Shown here in pieces: positions 9,632-18,189 of a DNA stretch of 64,000 nucleotides (position 1 is its first letter; every line of letters starts with the position of its first letter). Where the stretch lies: NCBI GenBank assembly GCA_036299165.1, contig JAXJHR010000061.1, positions 997 to 64,996 of the forward strand. Reading direction: 5' to 3'. The notes below the pieces were generated by a model, which ran no database searches, was not told where the DNA came from, and saw nothing but the letters and a program-made list of their open reading frames with translations. Source of the stretch: Collinsella aerofaciens (GTDB lineage Bacteria > Actinomycetota > Coriobacteriia > Coriobacteriales > Coriobacteriaceae). Position numbers and translations under genes: made by a program.

Positions 9632-10051
9632 TTAGACCAACTTTCCAAGACAGTGATCGATCATATGCTGGATCATCTGTGCCTCAAAGCCCGCGTAGTC
9701 GCGGCGGCACTCCTTCATCTTGCCGTCGACAATCTGGTCAAAGGCAACCTTGCACTTGATATAGCGCGTGGACTTGGTGACCTCCTCGTGCGTCAGGCAG
9801 CTCTCCTCCATCTTGCTGGCACCCAGGCCAAACACCAGACGGGGGTTGTAGAGCACATGGGGCTCGCCGGCGTCGTCCAGATAGACGCAGACCTTCTTGG
9901 TGACGCCGATCTGGTTGGCGGCAAGGCAGCCGGCATCGTCGAGCGACTTGATGGTATCGATCAGGTCCTGTGCCACCGACTCGTCCTCGACGGTCGCGAC
10001 CTCGCAACGCTGGGACAGAATAGCCTCGTCGTGGCAGAGCTCTTTAATCAT
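9632..10051 (-). CDS. peptide-deformylase-like paralogue with degenerate catalytic motifs
   Basis: MIKELCHD... is collinear with the def at 1902. Motifs are CLAANQIG, ESCLT (not EGCLS) and QHMIDH (not QHEIDH). GGAGGAA lies 5 nt upstream of the ATG at 10051; the alternative ATG is at 10063. Confidence 0.75.
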   Translation of the reverse strand: MIKELCHDEAILSQRCEVATVEDESVAQDLIDTIKSLDDAGCLAANQIGVTKKVCVYLDDAGEPHVLYNPRLVFGLGASKMEESCLTHEEVTKSTRYIKCKVAFDQIVDGKMKECRRDYAGFEAQMIQHMIDHCLGKLV

Positions 10052-10244
10052 ACGTTCCTCCATAGGGGTCGTTGTAACTGCTTAAGTATACGGTACCCAC
10101 ACATTTTCATGCGAAAAATACCGTCCGTCTGCTACAAAGCGCCGAACATCAACATGCGAGGAACATCAACCTTTCAAAGGCGATATAGTAGTTGAGTTCG
10201 TGTCAATCGGCCTAAACTCGGGGCCGAACAAGGAAAGGGTATGC

Positions 10245-11555
10245 ATGGACGAACTTTTTCACGTCAGTGAGCGCAAGTCCACAATCGGGACCGAACTTCG
10301 CGCTGGACTGACAACATTCCTGGCGATGGCCTACATCATCGCCGTCAACCCTGCGGTGCTCTCGGGCGCCGGCATCGATGCGGGAGCGCTCGCCTGCGCC
10401 ACCTGCCTGGGCGCCGGCATCATGACCATCTGCATGGGCATCTTCGCCAACCGCCCGCTCGCCTGCGCGTCGGGCTTAGGCGTCAACGCGATGATCGCTG
10501 GAATCACCACCACCGTCTGCGGCGGTGACTGGCACGTGGCCATGAGCGTCATCTTCCTTGAGGGCGTCGTCATCTTGCTGCTCGTGCTTTGTGGCCTGCG
10601 CGAGGCCATCATGGACGCCATCCCGGTTGTCCTGCGTCACGCCATCTCGGTGGGTCTGGGCCTGTTCATCGCCATGATTGGCCTGTGCGATGCCGGCATT
10701 ATCACCGCTGGCGCCGGTACACTCGTCGGTCTGGGCGACATCACCTCCCCCACCTTCATCGTCGGCATCATCTCCATCCTGGTGACAGTCGCCCTCGCCT
10801 GCCGCAACGTCCCCGGCTCGCTGCTCATCGGCATCGTCGTCGCCGTCATCGCCGGTATCCCCCTAGGTGTGACCCAGGCTCCGACCGGTATCATCGCCCC
10901 GCTCGATTTCTCGAGCATCGGTGGCCCCATCGCCGACGCCGGCGGCGTGCCTGCCATCGTCAAGGTCCTTACCGACCCCGCGCTCCTCGTCATCTCGTTC
11001 TCGCTGCTCATGAGTGACTTCTTCGACACCATGGGCACCGCGATGGCCGTGGCCAAGCAGGGCGAGTTCCTCACCGACGACGGCAACGTCGAGAATATCA
11101 AGGAGATTCTGATCGTCGACTCCGCCGCCGCTGCTGTGGGCGGTTTCATGGGCGTCTCCTCCATCACCACCTTCGTCGAGTCCACCTCTGGCGCTGCCGA
11201 CGGTGGCCGCACGGGCCTCACCTCCGTCACCACCGGTGTGCTGTTCATTCTCGCCGCGTTCTTCTCCCCCATCGTCACCATCGTTTCCAGCGCCGCCACC
11301 TGCGGTGCTCTGGTCTACGTCGGCTACCTCATGATGAGCGAGGCCTCCGAGATCGACTGGTCCGACGTGTCGCAGGGTTTCCCGGCGTTCATGATTGTCG
11401 CCGGCGTGCCCTTCACCTACTCCATCTCTGCCGGCATCGGTCTGGGCTTTATCGCCTACGTAGTCGTCGCGCTCTTTAAGGGCGAGGCTTCCAAGATCAA
11501 GCCGCTCATGTGGATCGCAGCCCTCGCCTTCCTCGTCTACTTCTTTGTAGCGTAG
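10245..11555 (+). CDS. NCS2/AzgA-family purine (adenine/guanine/hypoxanthine) permease
   Basis: MDELFHVSERKSTIGTELRAGLTTFLAMAYIIAVNP is the typical N-terminus of this family. 12+ TM segments. Confidence 0.85.
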   Translation: MDELFHVSERKSTIGTELRAGLTTFLAMAYIIAVNPAVLSGAGIDAGALACATCLGAGIMTICMGIFANRPLACASGLGVNAMIAGITTTVCGGDWHVAMSVIFLEGVVILLLVLCGLREAIMDAIPVVLRHAISVGLGLFIAMIGLCDAGIITAGAGTLVGLGDITSPTFIVGIISILVTVALACRNVPGSLLIGIVVAVIAGIPLGVTQAPTGIIAPLDFSSIGGPIADAGGVPAIVKVLTDPALLVISFSLLMSDFFDTMGTAMAVAKQGEFLTDDGNVENIKEILIVDSAAAAVGGFMGVSSITTFVESTSGAADGGRTGLTSVTTGVLFILAAFFSPIVTIVSSAATCGALVYVGYLMMSEASEIDWSDVSQGFPAFMIVAGVPFTYSISAGIGLGFIAYVVVALFKGEASKIKPLMWIAALAFLVYFFVA

Positions 11556-11584
11556 CGGCATAGTCTGCTAAAGCAAAACAACAA

Positions 11585-11623
11585 GGCGCGGAATCGCATC
11601 GAGCGGCTCCGCGCCTTTCTTTT
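11585..11623 (+). terminator. rho-independent terminator after the permease
   Basis: GGCGCGGA ... TCCGCGCC followed by TTTCTTTT. Confidence 0.65.
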
Positions 11624-11665
11624 AGCGTCTGCCCCCGTGCCAGCGTGCGACAATTGAGGCTGTCA

Positions 11666-12358
11666 ATGTCACAACACCGAGAGAAGCCTGCCTTGGAAGT
11701 GCATCAGAAGCAGATAACCGTTTATTCAGAGTGTGCAGAAGGTACGCCCGTCATCTACCTCCCTGTGGTTATGGGCGACGGTAGTGAAGTCTACGAGCGC
11801 TGCCGAGAGCTCGACTGCCCGCCATTCGCCCTTGTCGCCATTGGAGGGCTCGATTGGAATCGCGAGCTGAGCCCCTGGGAATGCGACGGAACTATACGAG
11901 ATGCCGAGCCCTTTGGCGGACAGGCGTCTGAGTTTCTCGATGAACTGCTGAATCAGATAATCCCAGAGGCCGAATCATCACTTCCCTGCCCGCCCACCTG
12001 GCGCGGCATTGCCGGCTACTCGTTGGCGGGTCTTTTTGCACTGTGGGCACTTTGGCAAACAGATGTCTTTGAGCGCGTGGCGAGTGCATCGGGGTCGCTG
12101 TGGTTCCCCGGCTTTATCGACTACGCGCGCGAGCGCACGATGACAGCTACGCCCGACGCTGCCTATCTGTCGCTCGGTAAAAAGGAAACCAAGACGCCCA
12201 ACCGCATGATGCGGCACGTACTCGACGATACGCACGCGATGGAAGAGCTGCTTATCGAGCGTGACATTCCAACAACGCTGGAGCTCAACCCCGGCAATCA
12301 TTTTGCCCAAACTGACCTGCGCATGGCGCGCGGCATCCACTGGATACTGACGCATTAA
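11666..12358 (+). CDS. alpha/beta hydrolase (putative esterase family)
   Basis: GYSLAG nucleophile elbow (GxSxG) and overall esterase-family layout. ATG at 11666 follows GAGG. Confidence 0.65.
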   Translation: MSQHREKPALEVHQKQITVYSECAEGTPVIYLPVVMGDGSEVYERCRELDCPPFALVAIGGLDWNRELSPWECDGTIRDAEPFGGQASEFLDELLNQIIPEAESSLPCPPTWRGIAGYSLAGLFALWALWQTDVFERVASASGSLWFPGFIDYARERTMTATPDAAYLSLGKKETKTPNRMMRHVLDDTHAMEELLIERDIPTTLELNPGNHFAQTDLRMARGIHWILTH

Positions 12359-12396
12359 AAATGGCGTCCACGCGTACGCACGGGCGCCATTTTTTG
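12357..12396. terminator. bidirectional rho-independent terminator
   Basis: AAAAATGGCG ... CGCCATTTTTT, overlapping the esterase stop codon. Confidence 0.65.
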
Positions 12397-12592
12397 ATTT
12401 AGCTGAACACAACTACTATTCGACAGTCTCCTCGAGTTCAGATACGGCGGGCGTCGAGGATTGGGACATGGAGGTCCTTTCATGATGGAAGGGCGATCGG
12501 GCATATCGGATAACCTGCCCGAACGATACGATCCGAACCATTGTACGTGATACGCCATGTCTCGCACGCGCCGTCACCTGCGAACGGTAACG

Positions 12593-13726
12593 TTACTTCC
12601 AAACGCGCTCGGCAATGCGCTTGACCAGCGCGATCTTTGCCCACTGCTCGTCCTCGGTCAGCTTGTTGCCAATCTCGCAGCTGGCAAAGCCGCACTGGGG
12701 CGACAGGTACAGGTTCTCGAGCGGCACGTACTTTGCGGCTTCGCGGATGCGCTCGACGATAACATCCTCGTTCTCGAGCTCTGCCGCCTTGGTGGTTACC
12801 AAGCCCAGCACGACCTTCTTGCCGGGGGCAACATACTTCAGCGGCTCAAAACCGCCGGCGCGCGGCGTATCGAACTCCAGGTAAAATGCGTCGACATCCT
12901 CGTTTGCGAACAGGTACGGCGCGATGGGGTCATAGCCGCCCTCGAAGGCATAGGTAGAGTGGTAGTTACCACGACACACGTGCGTGTTAATGACCAGGTC
13001 ATCGGGCTTGCCATCGATGGCGGCGTTGTTGAGCGCCACACCCAGCTCGGACACCTTTTGCAGGTCAACCGGGCTCATGCCGGTCTTGGACACAAAGTCG
13101 GTATCGCAATAGATGCCCCAGGTGCAGTCATCAAACTGGATGTTGCGGCAGCCTGCTGCGTACAAGTCGGCGATCACCGTGCGATAAGCGGCTGCAATGG
13201 CGTCGGCAAGTTCCTCATCGGTCTTATAGACGGCACGCAGGCTCTCCTGCTGGCCGTCGCAGCGATCGAGCGTGACCTCAGAGAACGCCTGGATCGGCGC
13301 CGGGATGGTCTGGCGTGCAACGTGGCCCTCGCCCTCAAGTGCCTTGACAAACTTAAAGTGCTCGACGAAGGGGTGGTTCACGCCGCTGATGGGGCCGGTC
13401 ACCACGGCGGTATCGGCCGTGGTCTCCTCGTCGTGGAACATATAGCCCGTACGTGAGGCACGGCGTTCAATGCCGTTGAGTCCCCACATAAAGTCGAGGT
13501 GCCAGTAGCTGCGGCGAAACTCGCCATCGGTAATCACCTGCAGGCCGGCGGCCTTTTGCTTGTCCACCAGGTCGCGAATGGCCTCATCCTCGACGGCCTT
13601 AAGACCGGCGGCGTCGAGTTTGCCCGCGGCGTAGGCGGCACGGGCGTCCTTCACGGCCTGCGGACGAAGAAAACTGCCGACGATATCGGCGCGAAACGGC
13701 GCGTTCGGTTGAATCGAAGTGCTCAT
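12593..13726 (-). CDS. cobalamin-independent methionine synthase-like protein (MetE C-terminal-domain family, YxjG/YxjH-like)
   Basis: 377 aa with FRADIVGSFLRP, ITDGEFRRSYWHLDF, THVCRGN and SPQCGFAS motifs. AGGGAG RBS before the ATG at 13726. Confidence 0.8.
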   Translation of the reverse strand: MSTSIQPNAPFRADIVGSFLRPQAVKDARAAYAAGKLDAAGLKAVEDEAIRDLVDKQKAAGLQVITDGEFRRSYWHLDFMWGLNGIERRASRTGYMFHDEETTADTAVVTGPISGVNHPFVEHFKFVKALEGEGHVARQTIPAPIQAFSEVTLDRCDGQQESLRAVYKTDEELADAIAAAYRTVIADLYAAGCRNIQFDDCTWGIYCDTDFVSKTGMSPVDLQKVSELGVALNNAAIDGKPDDLVINTHVCRGNYHSTYAFEGGYDPIAPYLFANEDVDAFYLEFDTPRAGGFEPLKYVAPGKKVVLGLVTTKAAELENEDVIVERIREAAKYVPLENLYLSPQCGFASCEIGNKLTEDEQWAKIALVKRIAERVWK

Positions 13727-13878
13727 AGATATCTCCCTTTGCATTGGTTGCTTTATCGAGACAGAGTATGGGCGCTCATGTGGTCATCGTAAAATATATG
13801 TTTATATAGGTTTGTTATTAGTTTTTTCTATACCGAGCAACAGCGGGACTCAGCCTCACATGGATATCTCGAAGTGAG

Positions 13879-14775
13879 CTAAATATGCTGACGAATCGCG
13901 TCGATATAGGCCTGCCCATAGCGCGTGAGCGTCGTATTTTTGCGCGTGATAATGCCAATCTCCATATACTCGTCCACATCGAGCGGAATCGAGATAATAC
14001 CGGGGCCGTTAAGTTCATGGCTGATCACGCCCGAACACACCGTGTAACCGTTAAGGCCCATAGCTAGGTTGAACAGCGTCGCACGGTCACGCACGCGGAT
14101 ATTCTTGCGACGCTCAAAGGTCGAGGTCAGCTCCTCGGAATAATAAAACGAGTTATAGCTGCCCTGCTCATAGGACAGGAACGGGTAGTCTTCCAAGTCC
14201 TCGAGCGTCACGCTGGAGCGGCCCGCCAGCGGATGGTCGGCGCACACGAAGACATGCGGCGCGGCGCAGAAGAGTCCTTCGAACACGAGCTCGTTGGCCG
14301 CCAGCATGCGCTCGATGACCTCGCGGTTATGCTCGGATAAGTACAGGATGCCCAGTTCGCTTTTCATATGCACGACATCCTCGATAATCTCGTGGGTCTG
14401 CTCCTCGCGCAGGGTAAAGTCGTAACGCGCGGCATCGAACTCGCGGATTACATCGACAAACGCGTTAACGGCAAAGGAATAATGCTGGCAGCTCACACTA
14501 AAGTGCGGCACCTGCTCGGATGCGCCCTTGTACTTGCCCTCGAGTAGGTCGGCCTGGTCGAGTACCTGACGCGCGTAGCCCAAGAAGGTCTCGCCTTCCT
14601 CGGACACAATGACGCCCTTGTTGGTGCGCTCAAAGATGTGCACACCCATCTCGTTTTCGAGATCGCGGATCGACGCGGTAATCGAAGGCTGCGACACAAA
14701 GAGCCGGCGCGAGGCCTCGGTGATGCTGCCGCATTCGGCAACCTTAACAACATACCTGAGCTGCTGAAGCTTCAT
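13879..14775 (-). CDS. LysR-family transcriptional regulator (CcpC/CitR-like N-terminus)
   Basis: MKLQQLRYVVKVAECGSITEASRRLFVSQPSITASIRDLE. ATG at 14775, 10 nt after the HAD gene stop. Confidence 0.85.
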   Translation of the reverse strand: MKLQQLRYVVKVAECGSITEASRRLFVSQPSITASIRDLENEMGVHIFERTNKGVIVSEEGETFLGYARQVLDQADLLEGKYKGASEQVPHFSVSCQHYSFAVNAFVDVIREFDAARYDFTLREEQTHEIIEDVVHMKSELGILYLSEHNREVIERMLAANELVFEGLFCAAPHVFVCADHPLAGRSSVTLEDLEDYPFLSYEQGSYNSFYYSEELTSTFERRKNIRVRDRATLFNLAMGLNGYTVCSGVISHELNGPGIISIPLDVDEYMEIGIITRKNTTLTRYGQAYIDAIRQHI

Positions 14776-14785
14776 GACGTTCTCC

Positions 14786-15694
14786 CTAGACGTTCGTGGC
14801 GCCAAGACCCGCCGCGTCCACCTGGCGCATAAACGACGGCATCTCCCCCGTCGCGGCGCAGGCGGCAATCTGATGCAGAGCCCCGGCGACCGCATCATCT
14901 GCCGCAGCGCCGATATGCCAGCGCGCCGCCGCCGTGACGACCTCGTTGGCATTAGCGACTGCAACGGAGTTGGGAACGGCATCGATCATGGGCAAATCGT
15001 TATCGGAATCGCCAAATACGGCCACCTCGTCGGGCGTCATGCCCATAGCGCGCGCCAGCTCCAGCGCAGCGCAGCCCTTGTCCCAACCAGCCGGAAGGAT
15101 GTCAAACAGGCGCACGCGGTTGTTGGGAAACACAAGCGAGATTTCCGGCACCTCAGCGGCAACGCGCTCGCGTAACTCCGCGAGCTCCTCACGCGAACGG
15201 GCACTCCAGATATTCGCCTTAAACACCGTCGCATCATCGACGACGGGACGGCACGGAGCCTCTTCGCCTTTGAGCCACGCATTGCCGCCCGACTCCATAG
15301 CGCGACACACACGCTCGGGATCGCTCGTCACGCAGTAGGCATCGTTGCCCCAAAAGTCATCGCCCAGGCTATAGACTTTTAGAAATGTATCGTCGGTCTC
15401 TTGCTCCAGATAGTCAGCCAAACGCATCAGGGCATCGTTGTCGATTGCGCGCGAGGCGACTACTTCGCCGTCGACAAACATCACCTGGCCGTTACAGAAC
15501 GCGCCAGTCGAAAAGCACTCGGAACGATTTTTGAACATCCAGCCCATCGCGGACGGCTGACGACCCGAAACCGGACCAAAGTGCAGACCCGCCGCCTGCA
15601 TGGCATGAATACCCTCAATGGCGTAGTCGCTGACACCGTCATGTCCAGCCGGAATCAGCGTATCGTCCATATCGGTCAGCACAAGTTTGATCAT
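14786..15694 (-). CDS. HAD-IIB (Cof-type) phosphatase
   Basis: MIKLVLTDMDDTL (DxD motif I), GPVSGRQ, and FGDSDNDLPM (motif IV). Confidence 0.8.
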   Translation of the reverse strand: MIKLVLTDMDDTLIPAGHDGVSDYAIEGIHAMQAAGLHFGPVSGRQPSAMGWMFKNRSECFSTGAFCNGQVMFVDGEVVASRAIDNDALMRLADYLEQETDDTFLKVYSLGDDFWGNDAYCVTSDPERVCRAMESGGNAWLKGEEAPCRPVVDDATVFKANIWSARSREELAELRERVAAEVPEISLVFPNNRVRLFDILPAGWDKGCAALELARAMGMTPDEVAVFGDSDNDLPMIDAVPNSVAVANANEVVTAAARWHIGAAADDAVAGALHQIAACAATGEMPSFMRQVDAAGLGATNV

Positions 15695-15740
15695 AGAGCC
15701 CCCGTCATTTTCACCGTAACCATTGTAACGACCTACCAAT

Positions 15741-15833
15741 AAGGGACAGGTTTATTTTGGCAGGTTTTATCTGGGAAAATACAGCGCCCCTGTTGCCACC
15801 TGCCAAAATAAACCTGTCCCTTTTTGGCAGGTG
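15741..15833. repeat. 24-bp perfect inverted repeat containing a conserved hairpin element (second copy at 32643-32688)
   Basis: AAGGGACAGGTTTATTTTGGCAGG (15741-15764) versus CCTGCCAAAATAAACCTGTCCCTT (15799-22). Nested hairpin CACCTGCCAAAA-taaacctgtccct-TTTTGGCAGGTG at 15797-15833. Confidence 0.85.
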
Positions 15834-15855
15834 CGCTAGTATAGGGAACAACAGA

Positions 15856-15955
15856 TTCGATGCGGGAGTGCCGGCGGTGCAAACCACAAGGCTGAGAGGG
15901 CATGGGGCCCAATCCTTTGAACCTGTCAGTTAATGCTGGCGTAGGGAGCATGCCG
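15856..15955 (+). promoter_or_regulatory. TPP (THI-box) riboswitch
   Basis: GGGAGUGCC ... GGCUGAGAGG ... CCUUUGAACCUGUCAGUUAAUGCUGGCGUAGGGAG matches the THI element core (CUGAGA, ACCUGA-type and GCGUAGGGA). Located upstream of thiM. Confidence 0.8.
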
Positions 15956-15961
15956 CCTTTA

Positions 15962-15993
15962 CAGGGGCGCTGTCTATGCACAGCGCCCCTTTT
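15962..15993 (+). terminator. riboswitch expression-platform terminator
   Basis: GGGGCGCTGT-ctatgc-ACAGCGCCCC followed by TTTTC, 23 nt before the thiM start. Confidence 0.65.
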
Positions 15994-16015
15994 CTATGCC
16001 AAGGAGGCATGTGCA

Positions 16016-16855
16016 GTGATTGATTCGGAACAGCTTAAACAACATATGGTCAAGGCCGTGGAGGAGATTCACGCCACCAATCCGATGGCCGGCTCCATCA
16101 CCAACACGGTGACGATCGACTTTGTCGCCAACGCACAGCTCGCCGTGGGCGGATCGGCCGCCATGGTCTATCTGCCCGACGAGGGCGAGGCGCTCGTTGC
16201 CGGCGGCGGCGCCATCTATCTCAATATGGGCACGCTCTTCCCCATCTACGAGCAGACGATTCCCCGCGCGGCCAAGGCGGCACATGACGCCGGCAAGCCC
16301 TGGGTGCTCGATCCGGTGGGCCTGGGCATCGGTAGCCTGCGCACCCAGTTGGTAAACGAGCTCAAGCAGTACAAGCCCGCCATCGTGCGCGGCAACGCCT
16401 CCGAGATCATCGCGCTCGCCGGCCTGTGGGGTCTTGAGGGCGAGGCGGCCGATTTGAGCCGCGTACGCGGTGTCGATACCACCGACACGGTCGACGCCGC
16501 CCGCGATGCCGCCGTGGCGCTCGCCCGCTACACCGGCGGCGCCGTTGTGGTCTCGGGCGAAGTCGACCTGATCACCGACGGCATGACCGTGGCCAAGTCC
16601 CACGGCGGCAGCCCGCTCATGTCCAAGATCACCGGCTGCGGCTGCTCGCAGGGCGGCGTGCTCGCCGTGTACGCCTGCGCCGCCGACCCGTTTACGGCCG
16701 CCGTCTGCGGTACCGCCGTCTACAACGTTGCCGGCACGCGTGCCGCCGCCGTCGCCGATGCCCCGGCAAGCTTTAAGGTCGCCTTTATCGACGAGCTCTA
16801 CCGCGCAACCGCCCAGGACATCGCCAGCAACCAGCTCGACCTCGAGGAGGCATAG
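16016..16855 (+). CDS. thiM: hydroxyethylthiazole kinase
   Basis: Typical ThiM sequence (NTVTIDFVANAQLAVGGSAAM, VRGNASEI, KITGCGC). In-frame GTG at 16016, 8 nt after AAGGAGG. Confidence 0.9.
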   Translation: MIDSEQLKQHMVKAVEEIHATNPMAGSITNTVTIDFVANAQLAVGGSAAMVYLPDEGEALVAGGGAIYLNMGTLFPIYEQTIPRAAKAAHDAGKPWVLDPVGLGIGSLRTQLVNELKQYKPAIVRGNASEIIALAGLWGLEGEAADLSRVRGVDTTDTVDAARDAAVALARYTGGAVVVSGEVDLITDGMTVAKSHGGSPLMSKITGCGCSQGGVLAVYACAADPFTAAVCGTAVYNVAGTRAAAVADAPASFKVAFIDELYRATAQDIASNQLDLEEA

Positions 16856-16858
16856 GCC

Positions 16859-17200
16859 ATGTCCGAGCCCGCAACCAATGCCGGCATGAACACGCTCATC
16901 GCTGTGGCCATCGCCCCGTGCGGCACCGGCGATGAGCTGTCCGCCGAGGTCGCCGAGGTCGTGCGCGTCATTCGCGAGAGCGGCCTCCCCAACCGCACCA
17001 CCTCGATGTTCACCGAGATCGAGGGCGACTGGGACGAGGTCATGCAGGTCGTGCGCGACGCAACCTTTGTGTTGGCGAGCAAGGGCATCCGCACCGAAGT
17101 CGTGCTCAAAGCCGATATTCGGCCCGGATTTACCGACACCATGACCGGCAAGCTCGAGCGCATGGAAGCGCAGATCAAAAAGCAGGAGGAAGCACGATGA
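16859..17200 (+). CDS. MTH1187/YkoF-family (DUF77) thiamine-binding protein
   Basis: 113 aa with the layout of the small ferredoxin-like family. Embedded between thiM and thiE, with a stop/start ATGA overlap with thiE. Confidence 0.65.
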   Translation: MSEPATNAGMNTLIAVAIAPCGTGDELSAEVAEVVRVIRESGLPNRTTSMFTEIEGDWDEVMQVVRDATFVLASKGIRTEVVLKADIRPGFTDTMTGKLERMEAQIKKQEEAR

Positions 17201-17892
17201 GCATCCGCGACAACCTTGATATCTCGGCCTATCTGGTGCTCGGCCCCGAAAATACGCTCGGACGCCCCGTGGGCGATGTGGTGGCCCAGGCACTCGACGC
17301 CGGCTTTACTTGCATTCAAGTGCGCTCCAAGGTGGCAAGCGCCCGCGAGATCATTGCGCTGACCGGCGACGCCGCACAGGAAATCGCACAGGCCGGCAAG
17401 ACCGGTCAGGTCGCCCTGCTGATCGACGACCGTCTGGACTGTGTGCTTGCCGCGCGCGAGCAGGGTATTGCTGTCGACGGCGTGCACGTGGGTCAGAGCG
17501 ACATTCCCGTCGAGGTCTGTCGCAAGCTGCTGGGCCCCGACGCCATCGTGGGCCTTTCGGCCCGTTGCGAGGAGATGCTCGAGTACGTCAAGACCGCCGA
17601 CATGAGCCTAGTCGACTACCTGGGCATCGGCCCACTCCACGAGACCGAGACCAAGCGCGACTGCGGACGCGCGGCCGACGGCTCTATCATCACCAAGAGC
17701 TTTGAGGACCTGACCGCACTCCACGCGGCAAGCCCCGTGCCCATCGTGGTGGGCGGCGGCGTCAAGACGGCCGACTTGCCGCAGCTTAAGGCAACCGGTG
17801 TCGATGGCTTCTTTGTGGTGAGCGCCGTCTGCAGTGCCGACGATCCCTACGCCGCCGCCAAGGAGCTCGTCGACACCTGGCAGCAGGCATAG
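17197..17892 (+). CDS. thiE: thiamine-phosphate synthase
   Basis: CIQVRSK, LLIDDRLD, GVHVGQSD and VVGGGV motifs, in a thiamine operon context. Confidence 0.9.
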   Translation: MSIRDNLDISAYLVLGPENTLGRPVGDVVAQALDAGFTCIQVRSKVASAREIIALTGDAAQEIAQAGKTGQVALLIDDRLDCVLAAREQGIAVDGVHVGQSDIPVEVCRKLLGPDAIVGLSARCEEMLEYVKTADMSLVDYLGIGPLHETETKRDCGRAADGSIITKSFEDLTALHAASPVPIVVGGGVKTADLPQLKATGVDGFFVVSAVCSADDPYAAAKELVDTWQQA

Positions 17893-17936
17893 GCATAGGC
17901 CGAGCAGTCGATTCGCAGCCTCGTATCTTCAGCAAT

Positions 17937-18167
17937 GGAAAACGCATCCCAGCTTGGATCTCCATTCCGGGATGCGATTTCCGCATGCGGCTCCGTTGGG
18001 AAACCCCATCCCATTCCAGGCGCAAATTCTGGGACGCCGTTTCCAAAACCCGCCGTCGGGGAAACTGCATCCCGTTTTGGATGCCGATTCCGGGGCGCGC
18101 TTTCCGCTACGGGCCTCTCGCGGAAACCTCATCCCATTTTTAGCGCCGATTCCGGGATGCGCTTTCC
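17937..18167. repeat. tandem array of four ~62-bp units, each an imperfect hairpin
   Basis: GGAAANNNCATCCC at 17937, 17999, 18060 and 18122. Partner arm ATTC(C/T)GGGNNGCGNTTTCC at 17964, 18026, 18087 and 18149. Fills the convergent thiE/patatin spacer. Confidence 0.85.
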
Positions 18168-18189
18168 GCCGAGTCCACGGCAGTTTGCT

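Noticed and set aside
10064-10244. Purine riboswitch upstream of the purine permease.
   Set aside because: None of the conserved purine-aptamer elements (UAUAAU...AUAUGG...CUACC...CCGUAAA...GACUAU) can be found.
13727-13878. SAM riboswitch or T-box upstream of the MetE-like gene.
   Set aside because: The region is AT-rich and only ~150 nt long, with no SAM-I core or T-box specifier/T-box sequence. The ATATATGTTTATATA dyad (13794-13808) looks more like a LysR-type box, but that is unproven.
17937-18167. Possible CRISPR array (regular ~62-bp periodicity).
   Set aside because: The repeated arms are only ~14 nt and alternate in inverted orientation to form hairpins. No spacer-like unique segments of the usual size and no cas genes are present. 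The same reasoning applies to the 80-bp array at 41239-41463.
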